From Alloascoidea hylecoeti (taxonomy: Eukaryota): DNA of 64,000 nt. The DNA is taken from contig BCKZ01000017.1 of NCBI GenBank assembly GCA_001600815.1, positions 1-64,000 of the forward strand, given 5' to 3'. The notes beneath the pieces were generated by a model. It was not told the DNA's origin, searched no databases, and was given only the letters and a program-made list of their open reading frames with translations. The position numbers and the translations under genes were made by a program. Below, piece by piece: positions 35,301-46,731 of this stretch (within the stretch, counting starts at the first letter, position 1; every line of letters starts with the position of its first letter).

Positions 35301-36428
35301 CAATTATATTCTCAAAAGGTATTATAATTTTAACAAAGTCACCCAAATTTTTAGATTGAAAAATCTGTTTCTGTAAAGCAACGATCCAAACTTTCGCCGA
35401 ATGAGGAGAATCTGTTACAAAATGATACGTTTTATCATCTGTGTATAGATTAAAATGACAACTTTCTTCAATATCATTTGTAGTTGATGATAGCTCACTA
35501 TTAGTTTCAGTTTCAGGAGATGATGGTGATTTTTGTGGAGAAGATAATAAAGGTACAGATATTGAAGGCAAAGAAGGTAGAGGTATAGGAAATCCAGTAT
35601 TTTTAATTTTATTACTAACTTTACTATTAGATTTAGTATTAATTGGTATAATTTCAGCTTTTGTTGTATATCTTAAATCGATTCTAATTGTTGGGAAATA
35701 TAGATCAGATGGATTTGAATATAATGATAAAGTGTTATCACGTAATACAGCCCAATAACGGGAAGATTTATGAGATTTTGGGTTTGATTTATAATTTATA
35801 TTTGAAGATAAGAGAGTTGTTCCTTGAGGATCAGGTAAATAAGCGAAAAAGGCCAAAAATGATTTTGTAGCATATAAATGGCCTTGTAAAAGAACATCTC
35901 TTAGCAACCAACAGGGATAGTCTAAATGTATAAAAGGAAGTTAGCTTTGCATAATATATTGTTGATGTAGAAATGAAATAAAGATAAAAAAAACTGACCT
36001 TCTATAAAAATATCATCCGGTTGAATATCAAACAGATTATTCAGTTTTTCATATAAAGACTTTGCCTTATCATGAACGTTTCGAACATCTAAATACAGAT
36101 TTGGCTGTAATTCTTGATAATAGTTTAAAATACTTTCTTGAAAAGGACTTGTTGGAATAAAGTTATTTAGATGATTATCTTCAGAAATCTCCGAATTAAT
36201 CTTTAAACTCGTGATTGTATCATCGTCTGCATCGGATTTGCCACCTGAACTGGCCAGGTCCTCATTTTCTTCTTTAATGTGATTATCTACAAAGTCCATA
36301 TTTTTGTAAACGGAAGCCGTTGTCAGGAAAGATAACATGGCCGAGCCTGCCGCGAAGGGGACGCAGACGTCCTGGTCCAAAGCATCGTCAGCCGAAGGTT
36401 CAAGATGGGGATCCGGAGGTGGGTACAT
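32233..36428 (-). CDS. ATG26: Sterol 3-beta-glucosyltransferase (PH/GRAM + GT domain), 2 exons
   Basis: Exons 36428-35999 and 35921-32233; intron 35922-35998 (GTCAGT..GCTAAC..TAG) gives ...FIEDYPCWLLRDVLLQG. Motifs TIGSRGDVQPY, ESPSAMAGIHIAEAL and HHGGCGTT. Poly-Asn near the C-terminus. Confidence 0.95.
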
Positions 36429-37038
36429 TAAATAGCCAGAATTATATATGTTTTTATGGTGAAGGAGGAAAAAAAGAAGAAGTTCAAGTGATTTGATTTT
36501 GAGACTTTTGGCTTATCGGATCACGTTATAATTATAATATGAAAGTAATTATAGGAAATTATGGCAAATTTTGCAGAGAAAAAGATTAAAATGCAAAAAT
36601 GAGTAAAAATGGATAAAATGAAGACAAAAATAATTTAAATATATTTATTTATAAATTTTTGTTTATATTTATAAAATATAACGTATAATTTGAAACAGGC
36701 GATAACAGTATTTATGTCCCGGAAATTTTCCAACGAAAGGTACGGGTGATTCATAGACTTCCTGATTAATAAATATATCCATATTGAAATACTTTTTCTC
36801 TGGGTCTTAAATTTCTTTTCTTCTTCTTTTTCTTTTTTTTTTTTCTTTTCCTTTTCTTCTATTTTATATTGGTTGTTCTATTATTATTCCACTTTTAATG
36901 AAGTCTTAAGAAACATTCTACAACATATATCAGTATATAGTCCTCGTATTATTTTGTCAACGTCAACTTAAATCAAGATCAGAATCAGAATCAAAGACAC
37001 ATTATTACTATTAATACTACTATTAGTAGAATATTAGT

Positions 37039-39363
37039 ATGAAAGGGTTACTCCAATCAAGGTTAATACTTAGTCCTATTAAAAACACTATAACAACGAT
37101 TAATCCCAGATCTATACTTATAGGACAGCAACTATTTCGGAATAGAAACACTATAACGACCCTTATTGGATCATCAATAAATAGTAATACCTATTCACCA
37201 AGGAGTTTATTATCATTAGGTCTTAATAAAAATTTTAAATTTCGCAATTATAAATGCCCAACTATTAATATTGGTTATTCTAATTCAAAGTTTTTGGATT
37301 TAAATAACCGAGGTATTTTGTACCGGAATTTCTCAACAGTTTTTAAAAAAGAAGCAGAAGTTAAAGATGATATTATAACACCTAAAAATACTGAAATTTC
37401 AACGGATCCTAAGTGTATAAATAATACTCCTATTCGGACCACTGTTTCTAGTGCAAAATTATCTCCTTCGACAACTTCATCCGGTTATAAAGATATATTG
37501 CGTACGTTTTCAATAGCAAAAAAAGAATTATTCCCAATGTTTGGCGCTTTCATTTTACTTTTAATATCATCAGCAATTGGAATGTCATTGCCATTAATAA
37601 TTGGTAAAATTTTAGATGTTTCAACTCTTGAAAATAAAATTATATTTGGTTTACAATTTAATACTTTTTATACTATTTTAGGTTTTGCTTTTGTAATTGG
37701 CGCTTTAGCTAATTTTGGTAGAATTGTTTTAATAAGAATAATTGGTGAAAGAGTTGTTGCAAGAATGAGATCTTATTGTTATAGGAAAACTATTTCACAA
37801 GATGCTGAATTTTTTGATTCTAATCGTGTTGGTGATTTAATTTCAAGATTAGGTAATGATGTTAATATTGTTTCAAGATCAGTCACTTTAAATGTTTCCG
37901 ATGGTTTAAAAGCAATCGTTTCTGGTGTTGTTGGTTTATCAATGATGGGATATGTTAGTCCTCAATTAACTTGTGTTATGTTATTAGTTGCTCCTCCTTT
38001 AGCATTTGGAGCTTTAAATTATGGTAAAAGAATTAGGAAAATTTCAAGAGATTTACAAGAATCTGTTGGTGTTTTAACAAAAGTAAGTGAGGAACAATTA
38101 GGTATTGTTAAAACTATACAATCTTTCAATGGTGAAGTTAAAGAAGTTTCTAAATATAATAATCAAGTTAGAAATGTTTTCAATATTGGTAAAAAAGAAG
38201 CAATAACAAGTGGTGTTTTTTTCGGTTCAACTGGTTTAATTGGTAATATGACTATTTTATCTTTATTAATTTATGGTACAAATCTTGTTTCTAGTAATAT
38301 TTTAACAATTGGTGATTTAACTTCTTTTATGATGTATGCTGCTTATACAGGTTCTGCAACTTTTGGTTTATCAAATTTTTATTCCGAATTAATGAAAGGT
38401 GCAGGTGCTGCTTCAAGAATTTTTGAATTAACTGATAAAGTTCCAAAAATTAAAACAACAAAAGGTCTAAAATTAAAAAATGCAAAAGGTTTAATTTCTT
38501 TTAATCATATTAATTTTCATTATCCAACAAGAACAAATGTTACAATTTTTAATGATTTAAATTTTCAAATTCCTCAAGGCTCAAACGTTTGTCTTGTTGG
38601 ACCTTCAGGTGGTGGCAAATCAACAATTATTTCGTTATTATTAAGATTTTATGATCCTGTTAGTGGATCAATTGAAATTGATGGTGAAAATATAAATAAA
38701 TTTAGTGTTAAATCATTACGTGATAAAATTGGTGTTGTTCAACAAGAACCAGTTTTATTAAATGGATCAATTTATGAAAATGTTTCATATGGTATTAAAA
38801 ATGCAACAAGACAAAAAGTTGAAGAAGCATGTAAATTAGCAAACTGTAAATTTTTAGATTCATTCCCATTGGGTTTAGATACACAAGTTGGACCAAGAGG
38901 TACACAATTAAGTGGTGGACAAAAACAAAGGATTGCAATCGCAAGAACATTAATTAAAAATCCTCATGTTTTAATATTAGATGAAGCAACTTCTGCACTT
39001 GATTCAGAATCTGAAAATTTAATTAATGATACTTTAAATTATTTAATTGAAAAAGGTTCAATTACAATTATATCAATCGCTCATAGATTATCAACTATTC
39101 AAAGATCAAATTTAATAATTGTTTTAAATAATAATGGAAGTGTAGCAGAAATTGGAAAATTTAATGAATTATATTCAAATAAAAATTCTCATTTATGGAA
39201 TTTATTATTTAATAAAGATAACTCAGAAAAGAAAGTTTCCAAAGATAATGATTATAATCATGAACAATTAGAAAATGAAAAGGAAAAGGAAAAGAATGAT
39301 TTAAAACAATCTATTGATATACCACCAATTCCAAAACCTATTAATCCTGAAATATCGGCTTAA
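37039..39363 (+). CDS. Mitochondrial half-size ABC transporter (Mdl1/Mdl2, ABCB10-like)
   Basis: Long presequence-like N-terminus, TM domain, Walker A GPSGGGKST, LSGGQKQRIAIAR and LILDEATSALD. Confidence 0.92.
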   Translation: MKGLLQSRLILSPIKNTITTINPRSILIGQQLFRNRNTITTLIGSSINSNTYSPRSLLSLGLNKNFKFRNYKCPTINIGYSNSKFLDLNNRGILYRNFSTVFKKEAEVKDDIITPKNTEISTDPKCINNTPIRTTVSSAKLSPSTTSSGYKDILRTFSIAKKELFPMFGAFILLLISSAIGMSLPLIIGKILDVSTLENKIIFGLQFNTFYTILGFAFVIGALANFGRIVLIRIIGERVVARMRSYCYRKTISQDAEFFDSNRVGDLISRLGNDVNIVSRSVTLNVSDGLKAIVSGVVGLSMMGYVSPQLTCVMLLVAPPLAFGALNYGKRIRKISRDLQESVGVLTKVSEEQLGIVKTIQSFNGEVKEVSKYNNQVRNVFNIGKKEAITSGVFFGSTGLIGNMTILSLLIYGTNLVSSNILTIGDLTSFMMYAAYTGSATFGLSNFYSELMKGAGAASRIFELTDKVPKIKTTKGLKLKNAKGLISFNHINFHYPTRTNVTIFNDLNFQIPQGSNVCLVGPSGGGKSTIISLLLRFYDPVSGSIEIDGENINKFSVKSLRDKIGVVQQEPVLLNGSIYENVSYGIKNATRQKVEEACKLANCKFLDSFPLGLDTQVGPRGTQLSGGQKQRIAIARTLIKNPHVLILDEATSALDSESENLINDTLNYLIEKGSITIISIAHRLSTIQRSNLIIVLNNNGSVAEIGKFNELYSNKNSHLWNLLFNKDNSEKKVSKDNDYNHEQLENEKEKEKNDLKQSIDIPPIPKPINPEISA

Positions 39364-39457
39364 TATCTCCATCATTTGCCTTAAGCTTACGTTTTGGCAT
39401 CTTTATAGATTGTAAATAATATATATATATAAAGTATTGGGTTAGCATAGAACATAT

Positions 39458-39498
39458 TTTTTATAAATATTTAACATTTTATTTAAATTTATTTATTA
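39458..39498 (+). repeat. Left copy of ~41-bp direct repeat
   Basis: TTTTTATAAATATTTAACATTTTATTTAAATTTATTTATTA; identical to 42012-42053 except for one T indel. Confidence 0.9.
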
Positions 39499-39561
39499 CA
39501 TAGACTCTTAAACAAGGCTAGTCAATCAAAATTTTCTTCTTGATCTAAAATAGGGGTAGTC

Positions 39562-40044
39562 ACCACTTGGCCAAAGGTCATTGAAGCTCTCTAACTATTG
39601 AGAGAAAAGGGATATTTAACTGATTTCAATGGAACTGACATTACATACAGACAAGTAACCGTCATCGGAACTGGAAATACTCCTTTAGAGTCTCTCCTTC
39701 AAAAGAAAAATCGCGATTACTTTTTTGATGCCCCGTTAAATTCATTGAACTCTACTTTTCCTGTTACCCTTAGCCCAATCGCTTCTGCAGATCTCAAAAC
39801 CTATGTTGGAAGGCCTGGCCTAAATGGTTTAAATAATGCTGATATGAAAACATTACAAACACAAATAGAAAAAGCACACTCTTTAGGTATCAAAACAAGA
39901 TATTGGAACATTCCTATTTGGCCTAATAGAAAAAGAAATGCTGTTTGGAAACAAATAGCTGATTCAGGTGGAGACTTTCTATTAGCTGATAATTTAAATG
40001 CGGCAGTACAATTTTACGATTGTAATATATATAAACATTGTTGA
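39562..40044 (+). pseudogene. 5'-truncated AIM6-family fragment (duplicate of 55256-55738)
   Basis: About 480 bp with ~7 differences from the minus-strand copy; in-frame TAA at 39592-39594; no N-terminal half. Confidence 0.88.
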
Positions 40045-40356
40045 AATACATTATACAAGTTGTAGATTACTAGGGCCATATAAGGTTTTACCAAAACCAA
40101 CCTAAATGTATACAATTGATATGAATATCAAATTATATAGTTATGTATAGTCATATATAGTCATTTTAAATTAATATTGTCGAAGTATACAAAACTAAAA
40201 CAATAAAATATAGTATACACAAGTTTTAAATATGGCAAGTACTAAAAAGTACAGTAGTTTACATAATTATCGACCACTTATTCACATATACATTCGCCCA
40301 CGGCATGAATCAATGATTTGAATATGTAATAAAATTTGACCCTATGACCCAATAAA

Positions 40357-40535
40357 TATGGTAACACGATTTAAATATATGTATAAAGGTGAACTAACCA
40401 TACTAAAATAACTTTCCAGATAATGAAAGAGACTGCAGAATACTTGTTTGTAACACTCAATAACCCGTAACTGGAATAAGCAATAGTCCTTTTAACTCAG
40501 ATACTCAATGCCTAACTAAATTTAGGTGTAATAGT
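40357..40535 (+). repeat. Diverged third copy (outer half) of the 18.9/20.4-kb terminal repeat
   Basis: GGTGAACTAACCA...AAAGAGACTGCAGA...AAGCAATAGTCCTTTTAACTCAGATACTCAATGC matches 18931-19065. The inner half (AAACAAGGCTAGTCAATCAAAA) lies at 39510-39560. Confidence 0.88.
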
Positions 40536-42011
40536 CACTTTCCAAGTAATATTAATGTAACTGCATTTAATAAAGCAGTTATGTTGGTATAAAGCTATTA
40601 TTTTCATCACAACCCATTACTTGAAATACGAACCGAAAATCAAAAATCAAGACACCGTTTTTTTCAAAAACTTCTAAAAATCCGAAATAGAATTAAAAAA
40701 TATATAAGCCTAGCTATGTATATTTATAGATTTTCAATTGGAGAATCGGGCAATGCCTTATTCAGGCGTTCTACTATACCAGAATTTCTGACAGCTGGAC
40801 TAAGAGACTCTTTTTTGGCCCGGGAATTGATTTCATATCTCAATCATTTAATATCCTTTACTGGACCTTCTAGAATACACCGAGTATTTGCAATGTTTGA
40901 CATTATACGGGTTATAATTAAGTACTTTGCCGAAGGATTTTTTTATATTGCAGGTAATTCATTGATTGGATTCTGTTAGCAACTTAGCGCCCTTAACCAC
41001 CATATGGCTGCCACACTATGGGAATGGGTGCCATCGAGTCAATTAAATTATCAAAGATATCTTGATTCACTAGGACGAAGCATTTTGAAGGAGACATGAG
41101 GATTATGTAATTTTTCACCATTACATATGAAAGCCTCATAATCGCGATTCCTGCCAGGTGATGAACTTTTGTGAACTTTTATGATAATGCATATGAGGAG
41201 ATTCCACATTTGGTCAATTGGGGTACGCTCAAAAAGGCGACCACTCTAACACATCTCTTCCAGAAGTCGTATGTAGGGAAGTGCGGCGATTCATTTTTTC
41301 TGCTATTAGAGTCCCCAATCACTCTATGCAGTGGAACACAACTTCCTTTCCAAATTTCAGCCGTTACCCTTAGTCTTAGAGACCCAGACTTCATCGTATT
41401 ATAGATATTTAAATTTGAAATGCAAAGGTCTAGTGTGACTGTCGTGGAGCATATACCTTTCCTGATCCGGATTTTGTAACGACTGAACATTCGTCACTGT
41501 ATACAACACCACCCCGAACGTACGGTTACCACTAAAATCTATCTTTAGATTATATCATTTTGTTTCCTGAGTTCTTCTCGTTCAGAGAATGGTTTTACAT
41601 GCCGAAAATATCCCATATTCATGCCTTTAAAGTTTCTTAGGTGGACTTTGATATTCTACTGTTGAGCTTTTAAGCCAGCTCATCAAACGTATTCAAAGGG
41701 GAAGCTTCTACGATCTTCAGGATTTGATTCACTGCGCTTTTAAAGTGTTTCCGTTCGAGAAGGTGTTATGCCAAAAAGTTGTTGCCGTATTTTTACAGGC
41801 AAGTGCAATATTAAACCTTCTGGCTATTTCAGCAATTCACGTTATATTATACTGCAGTTCGCTTAGTTGGTTACAATTTCCCCTTAATTTCCCTGTTTCC
41901 TGAAATCTCGCCCTACCGGAATTCTAGAGACCCTTTGTATGGTATAGAAGGACGGTTTTGTTTTTGGAAGGGAGTTCAAAAAAGTGTTCTAGTTTAACCT
42001 TTCAATGACTG

Positions 42012-42053
42012 TTTTTATAAATATTTTAACATTTTATTTAAATTTATTTATTA
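42012..42053 (+). repeat. Right copy of ~41-bp direct repeat (overlaps RPP40 stop codon)
   Basis: See 39458-39498. Confidence 0.9.
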
Positions 42054-43226
42054 GATACTTGCCAAGTAATATAACTATCATTTAATAAAGCAATTGTATA
42101 ATTATTTTCACCACGTCCATTATTTGAAATATGATGTTCTAATCCAAATGTGAATGGAGTATTTTCAACACCATGAACAGTTACACTTGACCAATTCCAA
42201 TTTGTTTTATTATGATCAATAATATTTATTAATTTTTCAATTAATGAAGATGGTAGTAATCCACCATCCCATCTTATTTGAGTAATATCTTGTCGTTCTT
42301 CTTTAATATCTTCTTCTTCTTGATATATATTTGGAATTTGATATTGTGATAAATAAGAATCAATAGGTTTTGAATCAATTAATCTTTCAGATGTTAAATT
42401 TACAAGTGATATCCATTCTAAGAAATCATAACTCCATGATTCAAATTCAATTACATTTTCTTGTTCATTTTCTTGTTCATTTTCATCTTCAATTTGAATT
42501 TCATTTTCATTAATTTTCAATTTCAACCTCTCAGTTGATAAATAATTTGGAATTAATAAAGATCCTAAATTTTTAAAAGTTGGTTTTATAATTTTATAAT
42601 TTAACGGTAAACAAGGTAATAATTGTGGATCAATCATCATTGAATTTCCATTTAATGATGATGAAATTGTCATTATTATCTTAAAACATTTATTTAAAAC
42701 ATTTGTTAATGACCATAATAATCTATCAAATGAATAATTTCCAGGTATCATATTTTTTGATTTTAAATTATATTTAATAATATAACGAATTAATGATTTT
42801 TTACCTTTACCAATATTAAATAATGTTTTTGAACCAATTAATCCTGCTTTTTCGTATGATGTTTCAGTTAATGATAAAATTAAATTTGAATTATAAATTG
42901 AAATTGAATCATCATGTAATAATTTTGAATCTGTTATTATTGAAGTATTATTATCAATTATATAGTTTTTTAAAAATGGAATTTGTAAAAAATTTATAAA
43001 TGGACATTGAAATATATAACAATGTATAGTTTGATTTGAAAGTTGTGATCTGATTTCTTCTACTTTTGATGTTGGTAATAAAAAGTCAATCTATTTAATA
43101 TCATTAGTTAGAAATATTTTTATTCTAAACATCAAATATACATACTCTATTTGGAAATCTATGAGTTTTTATTTGATGTATCTTTTGTTTGTCATTTCTT
43201 GTAGAAACGATAATATTTGTAGACAT
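42044..43226 (-). CDS. RPP40: RNase P/MRP subunit p40-like protein, 2 exons
   Basis: Exon 43226-43146 (27 codons), intron 43091-43145 (GTATGT..CTAAC..TAG), exon 43090-42044 open. LILSLTETSYEKAGLIG, FDRLLWSL, EWISLV...IDSYLSQY and WSSVTVHG match the Rpp40 family pattern. Confidence 0.78.
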
Positions 43227-43325
43227 AATATAAAATTTGATGAGACATGATTTTTCACTTTTCCCTTTCTATAATCTCAATTACATAAACATTACATAAT
43301 ATCGATGGATTACCTAATCATAAAA

Positions 43326-43331
43326 CACGTG
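43326..43331. promoter_or_regulatory. CACGTG (Cbf1-type) site in the divergent RPP40/MET2 promoter
   Basis: AAACACGTGTTT palindrome ~165 bp upstream of the MET2 ATG. Cbf1 sites typify yeast MET promoters. Confidence 0.5.
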
Positions 43332-43492
43332 TTTGCACCTCATTTACTAAATGACATTTTTAAATTGTTTAATAGTTGTACTTAACTTTAAAATTGATCA
43401 TTTCATTTCACTTTGCTTAAACTTATAAAATTGATAAATAAAGATAAAATAAAATCAGATAAACTGTTAAGAAATATCAATATAAAATATTA

Positions 43493-44960
43493 ATGATGGT
43501 TGGAAAAGGAACTCGTTATAGTATGTCTTTTATGTCTTTATGATTGTGATGAGTCAGTGTACTAACGAAAAAATTAAAATTTAGAACACATTTTATCACA
43601 AGATGAAAATCCATTTTCAAAATTGGTTTTACAACAAGATATTGCAATTATACCATCATTTAAATTAGAATCAGGGGTTATATTAAAAAATTTCCCAGTT
43701 GCTTATAAAACATGGGGATGTTTAAATTCTAACAAAACAAATGCAATGGTGATTTGTCATGCATTAACTGGGTCTTCCGATGTTACTGATTGGTGGGGTC
43801 CATTAATTGGTAATGGAAGAGCTTTTGATACTTCAAGATTTTTCATTGTTTGTTTAAATTCATTAGGATCTCCTTATGGATCAGCTTCACCGGTAACAAA
43901 TAATTCTGAAACTGGTAGAAGATATGGACCTGAATTTCCATTAGTTTCTATCCGAGATGATGTTAATATTCATAAATTAATACTTGATGATCTTGGAGTT
44001 AAACAAATTGCTACAGTTATTGGCGGTTCAATGGGTGGTATGCTTGTAATGGAATATGCTTTCTTTGGGATAGATTATGTTAGAACGATTATTCCTTTAG
44101 CAACTTCAGCAAGACATAGTGCATGGTGTATATCATGGGGAGAAGCACAACGACAATCAATATATTCCGATCCAAAATATGATGATGGTTATTATTCATT
44201 ATCCGATGCTCCATTAAATGGTTTGGGAGCAGCAAGAATGGCAGCATTATTAACATATCGCTCAAGAAATAGTTTTGAAAAAAGATTTGGTAGAGAAGTA
44301 CCAAATCCCAATCGTTTTAAAACAATTAATGGAGTTCAATTTCGAATTCCAACAACACCAGAAGAAGAAAATTGGTTAGTTAATAATCATGGTATTAAAA
44401 ATGGTAAAAGATTATCAATATCATCAAGTACTTCAAGTACGATTTCTAAATCTAATTCATGTGATTCAATTAGTAGTATATCATCATCATCAACAAGTAA
44501 TAAGATTCAGTATTTTTCAGCACAAAGTTATTTAAGATATCAAGCAGATAAATTTGTTAAAAGATTTGATTCAAATTGTTATATAGCAATAACACGTAAA
44601 TTAGATTCTCATGATATTTCAAGAGATCGATTTGAAACAATTGAAGAATCATTAAGATCATTAGAACAACAAGCATTAATAATTGGAATTGAATCAGATG
44701 GATTATTTACTTATACAGAACAAGAATTAATAGCTAAATACATGCCAAATGGTAAATTGGCAAAGATTGATTCACCAGAAGGACATGATGCATTTTTATT
44801 AGAATTTTCAGCAGTTAATAAATTAATTGTTGAATTTTTAAAAGAGAATTGTTCAGATATTATGCAACAAGAAGGAGTTAAATGGGAAGAAAATGATATT
44901 GGAGAACAGGTTGGAGAAAGTTTATTTGGAGAAGCAGAGGATGGAGTTACTAACTGGTAA
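43493..44960 (+). CDS. MET2: Homoserine O-acetyltransferase, 2 exons
   Basis: Exon 43493-43520, intron 43521-43584 (GTATGT..TACTAAC..TAG), in frame with the 43623 ORF. Motifs CHALTGS, GGSMGGM, SDGLF and SPEGHDAFLLE. Confidence 0.96.
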
Positions 44961-45113
44961 CATCCATATGTCACCATAGTTTAGAATATAGCTGGTATCT
45001 GTGACACAGACACCCATGCACCTATTTAGTTTGAGCCGTACGCTAAAAGATATAAATATTGTTTTTTCTTTCTTTCATGAAAATAATTATAATATCATAA
45101 TATTGAAATAATA

Positions 45114-45716
45114 ATGAAAGTATCAATAATTTATAAAATATTGTCAACATTTTTCCTAATAAATCTAATCAATGGGTTTGAATTATCACAAGATATTACG
45201 GATTTAATATTATTAAGATCATCATCGCAGATATTAACGGTTATTTCAAGGATTTCATTTTTCGGCAGTTTAATGGGGTTTTCATTGGTTAATATCTGTC
45301 AAGAGTGTTTTGAAGTTGTTGAGAATGAGGCCGTTTTGGAACAAATGAGGTTGGTTGACCGTAAGAACAAGGCGCAAGAAAGAGGAGATTACGAATATTT
45401 GAGGATGTTGGAGGAAGAAAAAAGACTTCAAATAGAAGAGGATATCAGTGATGAGGATGTTGATTATGATGAATTTGACAAGCTAGATATGGAGGAAGAT
45501 GCAGGAGCCGCAGATGCAGGAGCCGCAGATGTGGATCCAGAAGAGGCGAGAAGAGCGCACACCTCGCTGGAAACTGCGCCGGAAAAGATGCTCGAAGAAC
45601 GTCCGTTTGAGATCTACCTCGTGAACAGTTCGGCGTGCTGGAAGAAGGTGATCCGGTACGGTTCCGGATGGATTGGGGTCGGAACGGTGGTTGCATGGGT
45701 GTATATGATGCAATAA
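45114..45716 (+). CDS. Hypothetical protein: signal peptide, acidic middle, C-terminal hydrophobic tail
   Basis: 200-aa ATG-initiated ORF with a hydrophobic N-terminus and a GWIGVGTVVAWVY C-terminus; family not recognised. Confidence 0.65.
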   Translation: MKVSIIYKILSTFFLINLINGFELSQDITDLILLRSSSQILTVISRISFFGSLMGFSLVNICQECFEVVENEAVLEQMRLVDRKNKAQERGDYEYLRMLEEEKRLQIEEDISDEDVDYDEFDKLDMEEDAGAADAGAADVDPEEARRAHTSLETAPEKMLEERPFEIYLVNSSACWKKVIRYGSGWIGVGTVVAWVYMMQ

Positions 45717-45939
45717 TACTCATAAACTCTAAAGCTAAAAGGACCGAGATTTAATATCAATTTTAATAATAATTTAATTACAAGGTTGATCCCTGCAGGT
45801 GTGCTATTATATATTTTGGAAATTTGTATTTATTTCTTTCTTTTCCTCCGTTTTCTCACTTTCTATTTCCCCATTAATTTTTTACTTTCAATTTATTTAT
45901 TTCATTCGTTATTTCTGTTCAAAACTAATCAAAAGCAAA

Positions 45940-46731
45940 ATGGTCGTTCCTCCTCCTCGCGACATGTTTTTACTACGAGAGCACGCCTACAAAGACACAG
46001 GTCTGATTGACTACGTTTTACCTCATTCAAGTCTCTTCCACTACTCCTTCGAAGAAGAGTCTCCGGTGAGCCCCATCCAAACCTTCATCCAGGAAAATAC
46101 GAACAACATCATCGCTTTCTCCGTCGCAATTCTCGTCTTCTACTACTATCTGTTGATCTTCAAAAACTTCTCTGTGATAGACTGTTGTTCATACATATTA
46201 AATCTATTTTTAAGACAACACTTACATGACAACTCAGATATCGGACTTCAATTATCTTCAAATGATGTCAACGTTCACATTCATGACAAGGTATCTGAAA
46301 AGTTATTGGAAATCAAAAATAAAAAATCCATGCGTGAACATCAGCCATTGCCATTATACTCATCTCCATCTCCTGATGATTTAAAGCGTTTCGTTAGTCA
46401 TAACAAGAACTCTTCAGTCTCTTCATATAATTATCCGGAACTAATTTTTAGTCCGGCTTCTTCTTCTGTAAATCCATCTCCACATACAGCTACACAATCA
46501 AGATTTAGTCTAAATTCAACAAATACACCAAAATCTTCAAGTTCATCTTCTCTTTCATCTATTGAAAATGACTCAAATGATAATTCAACTAATAATTCAA
46601 ATGTTAATAATGATAGTATTGATTTTTCAAATTTTAAACTAATTAATAATTTATTTAATGATAAACCAATCTTAAACGAAAAATTAGGTTTAGCCATTGG
46701 TTTTGATCAAAAATATATGCATATTTCGTAA
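45940..46731 (+). CDS. Hypothetical single-pass membrane protein with Ser/Asn-rich tail
   Basis: First ATG at 45940 in AAAATG context; TM IIAFSVAILVFYYYLLIF; 263 aa. Confidence 0.65.
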   Translation: MVVPPPRDMFLLREHAYKDTGLIDYVLPHSSLFHYSFEEESPVSPIQTFIQENTNNIIAFSVAILVFYYYLLIFKNFSVIDCCSYILNLFLRQHLHDNSDIGLQLSSNDVNVHIHDKVSEKLLEIKNKKSMREHQPLPLYSSPSPDDLKRFVSHNKNSSVSSYNYPELIFSPASSSVNPSPHTATQSRFSLNSTNTPKSSSSSSLSSIENDSNDNSTNNSNVNNDSIDFSNFKLINNLFNDKPILNEKLGLAIGFDQKYMHIS

